In this document: positions 37,602 to 50,956 of the stretch, piece after piece
Position numbering within the stretch: position 1 is the first letter of the stretch
How the letters are laid out: every line of letters starts with the position of its first letter
Source of the DNA: Octopus vulgaris
Taxonomy: Eukaryota
Assembly: GCA_951406725.2 (NCBI GenBank)
Contig: OX597827.1
Location: 70,246,001 to 70,310,000, forward strand
Length of the DNA: 64,000 nucleotides
Direction: 5' to 3'
Position numbers and translations under genes: made by a program
The notes under the pieces: generated by a model
What the model was told of the DNA's origin: nothing
Databases searched by the model: none
What the model saw: the letters and a program-made list of their open reading frames with translations, nothing else

Positions 37602-37998
37602 TCTTTATATATAAAAGTGAAGTTGTGTGTCTGTCTCCTACGATTTAGATTCCTAACTACTCCCACATTTTGCGGTGCAGTTTAACCAAAACCGGGTATC
37701 TTATAGTCGTGATTTATATCGAGCCCTTCTGGGTATTAGCGCGTGTCTACAATGAGTCTACGATTTAAAAAAAAAAATTACCATCATTTTTTCCCATTTG
37801 TAATGCATTTTTTTTGCTATTATATAAGGGAAGTAACTCTCTAAAAATTTATTATTAAATCTCAGAACGTAAAAAGCTACAGTAACACTCCCGTTTGTGG
37901 TTAGCCATATTGAGATGGCTATTATACTTTACATCTCTAAAAATGCTTATATAGTTATTTCCCTTACAAACCCGAGCAACGCCGGGCGATACTGCTAG
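37602..37998 (+). mobile_element. Non-autonomous Helitron, longer variant
   Basis: A|TC start, cccgagcaacgccggg hairpin, CTAG|T end; near-identical to 13326-13628 plus an extra segment of about 94 bp. Confidence 0.9.
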
Positions 37999-38549
37999 TC
38001 AATAATATAACAGGTTCTTACACATTCCTCATGCAGTCTGTCATTTTCATGTTTTCAATGGTTAGACTAACATATTGCTATCAACAGTGGCAATAGCTCG
38101 CTGAATTTCTTCAAACATGTGCAACTTAGCTGTTATTCCTTGAGAGAGACGTCATCTGGCACCAGGTAGAAGAATGCACATGCTAGTTCCACTGCATGAA
38201 TCAGTTACTTCAGAAGAGAAAAAAAAAAAATGTCTGTGATCTCCATATTATAGTTGCCCTTGCTACTAAACTACTTTTGTACATCTTGTACAGAAAAAGA
38301 AATATAAATATACACACCCACTTACCTATCCTCCTACCCACCTACCTCCCCACCTACCTACCTACCTACCTACCTACCTACCTTCCTATCTACCTACCTA
38401 CCTACCTACCTACATGCCTACAAGCACATATACAAACACACATACATACATACATTCATACATATATGTGTATATATATATACATGAGTATACATATATG
38501 TATATATAATGTATGTATATATATTTACATATATAGTTATCTACATGCA

Positions 38550-38602
<53 letters not shown>

Positions 38603-38665
38603 CATACATACATATACATACATATATTTATATACATATACATATCTATATATACATATACATCC

Positions 38666-38711
<46 letters not shown>

Positions 38712-39488
38712 TCATATACATATATGCCATATATGTATATCTACACACACAGACATATATAAATGTGTGTGTGTGTTTGTGTCTGTGTATGTCTGTATGT
38801 GTGTGTGTGTGTGTTGTGTGTGTGTGCTTGTCTTCTATTTATGAAAGGGTTAAACGTAAACATAATTCTACTGAACATGATATCAAACATGATAAATGTG
38901 TTATTTATATCTATGTGATGTTAATTTTGAATATACATTAGTTTTCAGCTAGCACTGGTTTGTGTTATATAAAACAGATATCAGAAATAAAACCATCCCA
39001 TCCTGCGGTATATATTGAATAACATGTATATTGAGAAATATTGTTTACATAGATATTTGTTTACTGGCACAGACGTAGCCATGTGGTTAAATAGCTCCCT
39101 TGACAACAGCATAGATTCAAGTTCAATCTCATTGCAAGAAATTTTGGCAAGTACCTGCTACTACAGCCTTGGTGTGACCAATATTTCATGAGTCGAATTT
39201 GGTAGACAGAAACTATGCAAAAGCCTGTGTGGTAAGAAGTTTGCTTCCCAACCATATGGTTTTGGGTTCCTTGCGGGCCTCACTTGAGCATTGTAGAGTA
39301 TTACCAGCTGTTGGAGACTTTTGGGGCCTTAAGACAATAGCTAGTCCACTATGTCTTTCCATATCTCCCTTGGCAAATAATTTTAGGGGTGCACTTGCAT
39401 CACCAGCATCCCCTCTTCCCAAGTCTATGTCTCTTGGTCTCCATCTTCTACAGCTGCTATTCAAATTGAGTGCTTGTCACTTCGTTAA

Positions 39489-39533
<45 letters not shown>

Positions 39534-39663
39534 AGGCTATAGTGGAAGACACTTGCCCAAGGTGTCATGCAGTGGGACTGAACCTGGAACCATGTTGTTG
39601 GGAAACAAGCTTCTTTCCACACATCTACGCCTGTACCTGTGTATGTATATATATGTATATATA

Positions 39664-39812
39664 TTGGCGTTAGGAAGGGCATCCAGCTGTAGAAACACTG
39701 CCACATCTGACTGGCCTGGTGCAGCCTTCGGGCTTCCCAGACCCCAGTTGAACCGTCCAACCCATGCTAGCATGGAAAGCGGACGTTAAACGATGATGAT
39801 GATGATGATGAT
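39664..39812 (+). mobile_element. Short RTE 3' tail
   Basis: Near-identical to 15629-15777. Confidence 0.85.
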
Positions 39813-40040
39813 ATATATATGTATATGTATATATATATATGTATATATATATATGTATGTATGTATATAATACAAAATAAGAAAATGGAGAAATACACCT
39901 TAATCAATAATCAACTACCAGATAATACCCAATCGCATAATTTATTAACCCACTACATATGAACATCAAGGTCAAACATAATAGTACAGAACAAAACAAT
40001 GCACATCAAAGAGTAGCACTCACAACCTCTATCTCAATAT

Positions 40041-40084
<44 letters not shown>

Positions 40085-40087
<3 letters not shown>

Positions 40088-40301
40088 ATCTCTGAAGCAC
40101 CACCAGCTCAAATATTGTCTCCTCTGTCTTCCCTCCTTGGGATCTTTCCTTCTCCTTGTTTCCGCCGAAGAGCTCCGCTCGAAATGTTAAACCCTCCTTC
40201 CCTTCTTTCCTGAGCGTCAATAATACTTTAATTGTTCCACGTCCTGCGTTGCTGTGTTTTTTTCTTTTTTTCCCTTTTTTTCTGTGTTTTCTTGTTTGGA
40301 T

Positions 40302-40308
<7 letters not shown>
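40085..40308 (+). mobile_element. Penelope-like terminal-repeat remnant with a mutated hammerhead motif (40158-40192)
   Basis: gttt-CCGCCGA-a-gagc(tcc)gctc-GAAA-tgtt-aaac; (TA)n on both sides; homologous to 14765-14990. Confidence 0.5.
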
Positions 40309-40354
<46 letters not shown>

Positions 40355-40779
40355 AATTAACTCACAAGGCATTAGCCAGCTTGGGTCTATAAGAACACTT
40401 GCACAAGGTGCAGTACAATGGAACAGAACCCAGAACCACATGGTTACAAAGCAAAGTACATAATCATGTGGAACTTGATCACTTCATTTCTTTCCAGCAA
40501 TTTGCGCAAACTACTATACCCTCTAAGAGAAAAAAAAACATTTTCTACTTGCAGAGGTAACTTTTCCCACCCATTTATTCCAGCAGCAATTACGCTTTAA
40601 GACCACCCACTTTCACTTCTAATTAGGTCACCCAGTTAACACATCCCCATAGCAACTACTAGGGAGTACACCAAACATTTGAAAGAATGTAGTTTATGAT
40701 TGCTTGTAGTAATACTCTTGTATATCTGCAACATATAAAGTCTACCCGTCTTTGAGCCTACTTCAATTTTTTTGCCTTT

Positions 40780-41003
40780 TACTTGTTCCAGTCATTAGAC
40801 TGCAGCCATGCAGGGGCACCACGCTGAAGAATTTAAGTTGAATAAATCAATCCCAGTACCTATTTTTTTTGTTTGTTTTTGTTTAACCTGGTACTTATTC
40901 TATCAGTTTTCTTTTGCCAAACTGCTAAGTCGCAGGTTCATAAACACCACCATCACCTATTGTGAATTGGTGGTGGTAGTGGAGAAACACAGAGACAAAA
41001 GCA

Positions 41004-41065
<62 letters not shown>

Positions 41066-41384
41066 CACACACACACGTGTATTTATCTATTTATTTATGT
41101 ATGCCATTGTTCAGTTTTATTTCAAGGTTTCTTGCCAATAGAGAAAGAGCCGGTTTCTAACCTAGATCCGAAGCTTCTTCATTGGAATTTCAACATCAAC
41201 AACAGGGTATTTTTGTTTGTATGTATGTATATGTCCAGATTTGTATGTTTTGCTTTATGTCTGTATTCTCATGCATATAGTTGCATATCTAGACATGCTC
41301 ATATATATTTAAATGATAAACTTCTGGAAAGTTTTACAGATTTTTACAGTTCTGGAGATGGATTGGAATTAGCTTTCTCCTATG

Positions 41385-41418
<34 letters not shown>

Positions 41419-41845
41419 TGTATGTATGTATGTATGTATGTATGTATGTATGTATGTATGTATGTATGTATGCATGTATGCATGCATGTATGTTTGCATG
41501 CATGTATGTATGTATGTATGCATGTTTGTATGCATGTATGCTTGTATGCATGTATGTTTGCATGTATGTATGTATGTATGCATGTATGTATGCATGCATG
41601 TATGTATGTATGCATGTATGTTTGTATGCATATATGTTTGCATGCATGTATGTATGTATTTATGTATGTATGTATGTGATGGACTTTTCTCAGTTTCCAT
41701 CTACCAAATCCACTCACAAGGGTTTGGCCAGCCCTAAGCTATAGTAGAAGCCACCAACCCAATATGCTATGCATAGGATGACTGAACCCAGGACCATGTA
41801 TTTCAGAAACAACCTTTTTACCACATAGTTATATCTGCACTTGTG
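40780..41845 (-). mobile_element. Old type A SINE expanded by CA and TATG/TGCA arrays and an unknown insert (about 41100-41380)
   Basis: Tail at 40780-41005, head at 41680-41845. Confidence 0.7.
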
Positions 41846-42240
41846 CATTAATAGTTTACACACAGCTTACAGTGCTAAGATCTTCTAATATATTACTTAT
41901 TTGCATTTTATAATTGCTCCAGTCATAGAATTGCAGTCATGCTGGAGCACTATCTTGAAGTTTAGTCAAATAAGTAGACCACCCCAGTATGTATTTTGAG
42001 TCTAGTATTTATTCTACCAGGTTGTTTTCTTTTCCTTTTTTTTTTTTTTTTTTTTGAAATGTTATATTCCAGGGGTGTAAACATGCCAACATATTTTGTT
42101 AAGTTGTGGGCGAATAATCATATATACAACAAAGACACAAACACATACACACACACATACACACACATAGACATTCACATATATATGTGTATGTCTATCT
42201 GTATGTGTGTGTGTGTGTGTATATATATGAGTGTTTAGAC

Positions 42241-42665
42241 CAGTGGTTCCCAAATTTTTACGAGCTGTTGCCTACTTTTTTACAATAGGACAAAATTTGT
42301 TATTTGCTCTCAACCGAAGCAAGGCTCTATAACCTCACTACCTCCTCCTGGTAAAAAAAAACAAAACAATATAACAATAGGACAAAATTTATTATGTTTA
42401 CTCTCAACCAAAGTAAGGCCACATTCCTAGCGCCCTCACCCCAACTAAAAATTACAAACATAGACCTCTTTCTGAAGCAAATTCAAAGCAAGTGTATTTC
42501 ACAAATAAAGCTGAACCTAACAAACCCATTATTTTGTTGTTTTTATATGAATCGCTAACCCTCTATCACCTCACATGTTACATGAATCGCTACTCCATTA
42601 TTGCCCCACTTTTCTTCAGTGTCCCCTTGGAACTTTCCACCTCCACCAGGGGGGCAATACCACTG
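42241..42665. mobile_element. hAT (Charlie/Buster-like) MITE nested in a minus-strand SINE (about 41910-42910)
   Basis: cagtggt...accactg termini; perfect 8-bp TSD gtttagac (42233-42240 / 42666-42673). Confidence 0.88.
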
Positions 42666-42914
42666 GTTTAGACAGACAGAGTGACAGACAGATAGAAACA
42701 CACATACAAGCACACACATACATACATATAGACACACATACAGGCACACACACACATTGAGATTCCACACAGTTTCCTTCTACCAAATAAACTCACAAAC
42801 ACACAAGACATTGGTTGGCCCAGCACTATTGTAGAAAACACTTGCCCAAGGTGCCATGCAGTGAGATTGAACCTGAGACTACATGGCTGCAATGCAAACT
42901 TCTAACTCACATGC

Positions 42915-43150
42915 AACTTGCTCATTTAATTTCCTTTCATCCTCTGCACATCTCCTACATTCAGTGTCCATGCTTTGTTATCATACAACATCACTCCTCA
43001 TATGCAAATATCATAAAATTCTGACATTCATTCAAAGAGAGAATTCCTTAATCTGGTTACTATGCTTTCAGAACAACCATCCTTATTGCTAATTAGGTTA
43101 CCTAGGTTACAGAATCTGTTAACTACTTCAAGGGTATCTCCCAAGTGTGA
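42915..43150 (-). mobile_element. Decayed RTE LINE coding fragment
   Basis: [30 protein letters not shown] followed by VMLYDNKAWTLNVGDV, resembling the RTE motifs F.YLG and MLYGSETW. Confidence 0.7.
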
Positions 43151-43174
43151 GAAAGAATTTATAACATAGGTGAG

Positions 43175-43219
43175 ATATATATATATACACACACACATAT
43201 ATATGCATATATATAGATA

Positions 43220-43302
<83 letters not shown>

Positions 43303-43349
43303 GTGCATATATATATAGATATGCATATATATAGATATGCATATATATA

Positions 43350-43416
<67 letters not shown>

Positions 43417-43461
43417 GTGCATATATATAGATATGCATATATATAGATATGCATATATATA

Positions 43462-43513
<52 letters not shown>

Positions 43514-43559
43514 TATATATTTATATGTGCATATATATAGATATGCATATATATAGATA

Positions 43560-43629
<70 letters not shown>

Positions 43630-43635
43630 TATATA
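43175..43635. repeat. (TA)n array with higher-order repeated interruptions
   Basis: Block ttatatgtgcatatatatagatatgcatatatatagatatgc occurs three times. Confidence 0.95.
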
Positions 43636-43999
43636 CACACACAAGTATGCTTATATACACATACATACACACACATGTACATATGTGCTTGTTTGTGTAT
43701 ATATATATATACACATATTCGTGTGTGTGTGAATGAAAAGGCAAACAGAAGGCATTCTGCCTAGAATTGCTCTAGCAACTCTGCCACTTTGCTGCCTAAT
43801 AATAATAAAGTCTGCTAACAATTCTACCTGCTCGTTTCCTTAATAATAATTATTATTTCTACTCTAAGCACAAGGCCTTAAAAATTTTGGAGGAAGGGTG
43901 CTAGTCAATTATATCGACCCCAGTGCATTACTGGTACTTATTTCATTGACCCTCAAAAGGATGAAAGGCAAAGTTGACCTCGGTGGAATAATAATAATA

Positions 44000-44068
<69 letters not shown>

Positions 44069-44577
44069 TCTTTTTATTGGCCACAAGGGCTAACAAATAT
44101 GATTGGAAAACATAAAGGGTCAAAACAGGACGAAAGATTACAAAAGGTTTTGTCCGTTTGTGAAAAAAAACCCAGTAAAAAGCAGTTTCACAATCAAAAA
44201 TTTTAACAACGAAAAACTCCCAATAGAGGAGACGCTTCGTAAAAAGAAAAGGTCTCACATGTCCTTTTTACTAAAGGCACAAGGTCTGGAATTTGGAGGG
44301 AAGGGATGAGTCGATTACATTGACACCAGTGTTTCACTGGTACTTAATTTATCAACCCCGAAATGATGAAAGGAAAAGTCAACCTTGGCAGAATTTGAAC
44401 TCAGAATGTAAAGACAGATAAAATACTGCTGAGCATTTCATTTGGCATGCTAACGATCCTGCCAGCTCACCACCTTAATTATGATAATAATAATAATGGT
44501 TCCTGAATTAAGTACAAGGAATCAATAAAAAGTACTTGACTGGTAATTTATTTTATCAAACCTAAAAGGATGAAAGG

Positions 44578-44835
44578 AGGTGCGTGGCTTAGTGGTTAGG
44601 GTGTTGAACTCATGATCGTAAGGTTGTGGTTTCGATTCCTGGACTGGGCGATGCATTGTGTTCTTGAGCAAAGCACTTCATTTTCACATTGCTCCAGTCC
44701 ACTCAGCGGGCAAAAATGAGTAATCCTGCGATGGACCGGCATTCCGTCCAGGTGGGGAATTTCTACGCCACTGAAACCGGGAAACCGGCCCTTATGAGCC
44801 TGGCATGGCTTGAGAAGGAACATTTTTTATTTTTT
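44578..44835 (+). mobile_element. Full tRNA-derived SINE (second-family head), within a cluster of third-family SINEs at 43740-45175
   Basis: A box gtggcttagtgg, B box gtttcgattcc; TSD taaaaggatgaaagg / taaaagaatgaaagg. Confidence 0.85.
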
Positions 44836-45673
44836 AAAAGAATGAAAGGTAAAATTATCTTCTGTAAGAGTTGAACTCAAAATTTAAAGAGTAGAAACAA
44901 AGTATTTTTGTTGCTACTCATTACGGTGCCAACTTGCCACTTTTATAACGATGATAATAATTCTTTCTACTTTTTGGTGCAAGGCCAGAAATTTTGAGGT
45001 GGGAGGTAGTGGTGGGGGCAAGTTGAATGTTTTGATCCCATATAGTATTTGACTGATACCAAAGCAAAGGAAGACAATGTCGAACTTGGTGGGATTTGAA
45101 CTTAGAACATAATGAATGAGAAGAAATACCACTAGGCATTTTATCCAGTGTGCTAACAGTTCTGCCAGCTCACTGCATCTATAACAATAATAGTAACAAT
45201 AACAACAACAGCAATAATAATAGTAACAATACTTAAAATTAAGGTGAAGACGCATGACTTAGTGGTTAACGTGTTGCACTCACAATTGCGAGATTGTAGG
45301 TTCGATTCCCAGACCAGTTCCAAGTATTTTCTTAAAATATATCAGCACCAATCGGATATTTATTTTACTAATCTACATTTATTGAATGGCTAAGTAATAG
45401 CTTTACAAAGAATACTAGTTTTTGCACAGTTAAACTTACACACACGCATTATGTGTGTGTGTCTGTGCATGTGTGTGTGTGTGTGTTTGTGTGTGTAATG
45501 CTAATTTAAAATTATCATTTTAAAGCAAGTTTGAGAATAATAATAATGGACCATTTTCTGACCAGGGGTATTTGATGTATCAGTAACTTTAAAGTTTCAC
45601 CTTTGATTGGTCAGACAATCCAACAAAGGCAGCAGCGATGAAATTTAGAAGTTACTATCAATATTTTCCTTGC

Positions 45674-45677
<4 letters not shown>

Positions 45678-45770
<93 letters not shown>
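45678..45770. repeat. (CA)n microsatellite
   Basis: Read directly. Confidence 0.95.
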
Positions 45771-46106
45771 CACATCCCTTCTACCTCTCTCTCATTAAAA
45801 CAGTAACATTAGTACGCACATATCACTAAACATGTAAGACATATTCTCATGTTAAGGCTTACGTGCACACAGACACGAACTCAAAGCACTTACATACTTA
45901 TCTACATGCATGCACACACACACACACACACACTCACACACACACACACTGGCCATAAATCAAGCAAATGTATGCATAGTTATACAGTGATAAATCACTA
46001 AAAACATACGCTGATGCCTTGATGGAAAAGCCCACAGACACCCAGACAGACACACACTATATAGTCATACACTAACAGACACGCATTGCTAGAGACAGCA
46101 AACTAC

Positions 46107-46140
<34 letters not shown>

Positions 46141-46591
46141 CAGTTTGTTTGGTATCCAGTTGCTGTTGCTATGCTGTTGCCAGTGAGCACAGCTGGTTTG
46201 CTGAAGGAATATCGTTTTTCATCATCCAGTGATGATTGGCTCAACCCAACCAAATGAATTGGGGTGCTCTACTGAAACAGGGGTGGATTTGGACATCGTT
46301 TCAACTACTGATTCTGCTCTGTGTAGTATTATATCTTGGTTTAAAGATAGGTTTTGGAATGTCTAGTATTTCATGGAAATATGGAAATGTGGGTTGCTTT
46401 CACTCTCACACATCTTTTCCTTATTTTACATCCGTGTGCATGTGTGTGTGTGTGTGAGTGCGTGTGTGTGTGTATGAGTGTGTGTGTGTGTGTTGTCCAA
46501 CTCATGTCAGCATGGAAAAACGAACATCAGATGATGCAAATGCATATATATCCATATTTATATGTGTATATATGACAACATATATACTTAA

Positions 46592-46622
<31 letters not shown>

Positions 46623-46638
46623 TGTGTGTGTGTGTGTT

Positions 46639-46676
<38 letters not shown>

Positions 46677-46724
46677 TGTATGTGTGTGTATGTTTATATA
46701 TATACATACATAAATATATATATA

Positions 46725-47015
46725 TATTGAGCCAAGTGAAATCATAGTCATGGCCATTGTTGCCAGTGTTATGTAAATGGTACCTATGAAATCATAGTAG
46801 TTGCTGTTGCTGGTACCATGTAAAAGGCACCCATGCTGATGGCACATAAAAAGCACCCATTACACTCTGGGATTGGTTGGTGTTAGGATAGGCATCCAGC
46901 CATAGAAACCTCTCCAAATCAGACTGGGACCTGGTGCAGCTCTCTGGCTTATCAGTTACAGTCAAACTGTCAACCCATGCCAACATGGAAAGCAGATGTG
47001 AAGTGATGATGATGA
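46725..47015 (+). mobile_element. Older RTE 3' UTR fragment
   Basis: aaaagcaccc...caacccatgccaacatggaaagcagatg..(GAT)n. Confidence 0.75.
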
Positions 47016-47732
47016 TATATAGGATGAATACATAATGTATTTATATTGTTAAATGCTTTCATAGAACTGTTTCTAACTCAAAGTTTGAATTTTGTTTTCC
47101 TTGTGCAGTGCTGTTGCACATCAGCTGATAGATTTTGCACTACCTGTATATACTTCAGGCCAGTGATTAGAATTCACCCTGAGGACAAAACAGGTATACA
47201 ACACTGATGAGCTGAAATAACAGTGAAATATAAATATCCACCTTATTCTTGATCACCTCCAGAGTGATTCATTTTACTTGGCTTTGAAGTATACTGTGTT
47301 TTTTTAAGACACTACATCTTTAAATGAACTTTCCCTGGATGAAAACTACAGCCTGAAAGCATTTAATAGCACACATACTGTTAAGTATGTGACATTGTAT
47401 AATGTTACAAATGTAACAGGTATGTGTTACTGAAAAATGCAGCAGATGCAGTGGTTGCTAGTATTTATAGCAGAATAGTTAAAACTTCATGGAACGGTGG
47501 TGATATGAACCAAATGAGTTAACAGAAAGGAAAAAGCTGTTTATTACTGTTTTTATTTATCTGATACAATTCGTCATTAGGAACAGTATACTGTAGCTGT
47601 TTTACAGTGGTTAGAGAATGGTAGTAATATATGTTGTCACAAATGCTTGTGTCAGACGTAGGTGTTGGGAAAGAGATAGGCACACTAGAAAGAAGTAGAT
47701 ATGCAAGAATGAGATAGACATGTTGGTTTGGC

Positions 47733-47948
47733 AAAGTGAAATAAAATGTCATGCTCAAGGATAAAACGCGTCGCTGGGAATTGAACTTGTGACCTTACAA
47801 TCATCAGTCGAATGTCCTAACCACTAAGCCATATTAGGGGTACACGTGTCTGTGGATTGTTCAGCCACCTGCATGTTAATTTCATGAGCAAGCTGTTCCG
47901 TTGATCATATCAGCTGGGACCCTCGTCATCGTAACCAATGGAGTGCTC
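47733..47948. mobile_element. SINE with inverted head (47733-47832, minus) joined to a direct tail (47835-47948, plus)
   Basis: Both parts match the element at 1817-2735 but in opposite orientations. Confidence 0.6.
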
Positions 47949-48025
47949 CTTTTATAGATAGATAGATAGATAACTTTCTTTATTGGCCACACAGGGCTGG
48001 TCACTGAGAGGGCAAACACAATGTA

Positions 48026-48572
48026 ATGGATGGATGGATGGATGGATGGACGGACGGACGGACGGACGGACGGACGGATGGATGGATGGATGGATGGATG
48101 GGTGGGTGGATGGATGGATGGATGGATGGATGGGTGGGTGGATGGATGGATGGATGGATGGATGGGTGGGTGGGTGGATGGATGGATCGAGTTTGGACGG
48201 ACGGACGGACGGGTGGGTGGGTGAGTGGATGGATGGATGGATGGATGGATGGATGGGTGGGTGGATGAATGGATGGATTTTGGACGGACGGACGGACGGG
48301 TGGGTGAGTGGATGGATGGATGGATGGATGGATGGATGGATGGATGGACGGACGGATGGACGGACGGATGGATGGATGGATGGATGGATGGATGGGTGGG
48401 TGGATGGGTGGGTGGATGGATGGATGGATGGATGGATGGATGGATGGATGGATGGATTTTGGACGGACGGACGGGTGGGTGGGTGGATGGATGGACGGAT
48501 GGACGGATAGATGGATGGATGGACAGACGGATGGATGGATGGATGGACGGATGGACAGATAGACAGACAGAC
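48026..48572. repeat. (GGAT/GGAC/GGGT)n tetranucleotide array
   Basis: Read directly. Confidence 0.97.
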
Positions 48573-49511
48573 AGGTACGTACATATGTGCATACATACAT
48601 ACATATACATAATGTGTGTGTGTATGTAAATGCATTCTATATAAACACACACAGACACAAACATGTACACACATATACTCTATTTAAATGTATAATATTC
48701 AATATGCAAATTGTATCAATAGCTTAATATTGTAAGCATTTAACCATTACACACCCTAGCTGTATGTTTCACCTTTAAGCCTACACATGTATACATTGAG
48801 TTAACTGCCCTAAATGGCTAATTTCACAACTAAAAACATAAGTTATTCAGGGTGCAAATATCTATTAGTTGCTCTTCAGCAGCCAATTAACCGATTGGGG
48901 GAGACTCACAGGCATCAGTCTCTTTCAGCTGTTTTACAAGCTTCAATGATCTGATCCAAACAAATACAAAATATACTTATATGCCAATTTTACTCTAATG
49001 TCAGTCCCTTCACAAAATCCAAAACCAAGTGCTAGGTTGCTAACCAACTGTAATAAACTGCAAGGAGTAAAAAGCTACTTGATTCCAACCAAGTTATTTT
49101 GTTCAGCGCCACTTTAGTTACCATTTTGTCATCCTAGAATATTAACCATTTATTCATATCATAATAATGCTCTTTGGAGTGGAATAAAATCACTCAACAG
49201 TAATGACCCTAACTGTAGCACCAACACATAAAAAGCTCCAATGTTAGTGCATGTGGTACTTTGTTGGGTTTACTTAAGATTATATGGATTGGGACACTGA
49301 GAGTACAGAGTGTGTCTTATCCATGAATACAGTTCAGTACCGATGACAATATGTGAAGTGCTGATATTTCTGTTAGTGATCTGATATCAACTTAGCCATC
49401 TCAAACCAATGATACAACCTCTCATCATGCTAGAAATAACTGTTAAACCTTCATCAAACTGTATCCTGTTCTTCAGGCATTTAACTAAATATACCATCCG
49501 TATACCTTAAA

Positions 49512-49713
49512 AGAGAAGGACATCATGCTTGGAATGGTCAGGGGCAAGAGAGGAAGAGGCCGACCAAGAACCCGCTGGCTTGACACCATCGAGAGGGATA
49601 CCGGAATGGACATTAGCCAATCTGAAAGAAGCGGCCCAGGATAGAACTGACTGGAAGACACTGATCCAACGAGTGACCGAGAGTCGACTTCGACTGAGCG
49701 GATAGATAGATAG
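49512..49713 (+). mobile_element. 5'-truncated RTE-BovB-like LINE
   Basis: EKDIMLGMVRGKRGRGRPRTRWLDTIERDTGMD / ANLKEAAQDRTDWKTLIQRVTESRLRLSG* (one frameshift, stop at 49703-49705); (GATA)n tail; TSD taccttaaa / taccttgaa. Confidence 0.85.
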
Positions 49714-50292
49714 TACCTTGAACAAAAAAAATCACCCAAAAAAAAATCACCCCCCAAAAAATATAATAATTGGAAATCTTTAAATGCCTTTATGCCAAAA
49801 CTTTCAAAAAAAAAAAAAAGAAAAAGAATGAACTCAAAATAAAATTCTGTGCGTAAAATAAGTGAAAGAATTGCTTTTAAATTCTAAACGTCAGCCATAT
49901 TTTAGCTGATGGTGCCTTCATCATTCAGGCTCACTCACCTCTTCTCCTCTTGTTACACTTTATCATATCCCATCTTCCATAACCTGCATTAATCACTTTC
50001 CAATTTTTTTCTCCTTCAGAAAGCAATTCTCGCTAGAATTTCCTCCATGACTATGTTTTGTTTTTCCTACAAGTCACTGACCTACAGATATTCAAAGCTA
50101 AACACCAGCTGCATCATTCTCACCAGTGTGGTGGGTGGAGGGCATTCAAAAATTGTAAGCACAGCCTTCCTCTGAATAACTTATACACAAAATATGCGTA
50201 TGAAATTGACTATTTTATTGACTTCCAGAATGATCAGAAAAAAATTAACATTTACTAACCTTTTAATCAACATGTGTACAGGAAGGTAAGTA

Positions 50293-50690
50293 GGTGCAGG
50301 AGTGGTTGTGTGGTAAGTAGCTTGCTTACTAACCACATGGTTCCAGGTTCAGTCCCACTGTGTGGCACCTTGGGTAAGTGTCTTCTCCTATAGCCTTGGG
50401 CTGATCAAAGCCTTGTGAGTGGATTTGGTAGACGGAAACTGAAAAAAGCCCATCATATATACATATGTGTATATGTACGTGTTTGCATGTCTGTGTTTGT
50501 CCCCCACCATTGCTTGACAACTGATGTTGATGTGTTTACATCCCTGTAACTCAGCGGTTCACCAAAAGAGACCAATAGAATAAGTGTTAAGTTTACAAAG
50601 AATAAGTCCTGTGGTTGATTTGCTTGACTAAAGATGGTGCTCCAGCATGGCGTCAATCAAATGACTGAAACAAGTAAAAGAATAAAAGAA
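50293..50690 (+). mobile_element. Full-length type A SINE
   Basis: Collinear with 2093-2505. Confidence 0.9.
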
Positions 50691-50956
50691 CGTATCATCA
50701 TCATTTCAACTTCCATTTCTTTTTCCCATTGGCAAAGGTAGGATAAGTCTGCAATATATCTTCTCTGTATCTCTTTATCCTGCATCATCCCATCAGTGTT
50801 TTCAAGGCCGACCTGTCTGCTTCATTACCGCACCTTCTGCCACTGATGTTATGTATCAATGTTTTCATACTTCAGAAACAAAGCACACATTAGTTAAGTG
50901 TGAAGAAGATACAGTAAAAGAGGAGCTGATATACAAGAAAACCAATCAATTAATAT

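Noticed and set aside
40808-41744. 309-aa ORF and neighbouring ORFs
   Set aside because: Composed of SINE pieces and CA/TATG microsatellites
47983-48629. MDGW-repeat ORFs superficially like reflectin Met-Asp repeats
   Set aside because: Translation of a (GGAT)n tetranucleotide array, open in several frames on both strands, and lacking the Tyr/Arg/Pro-rich reflectin motif context
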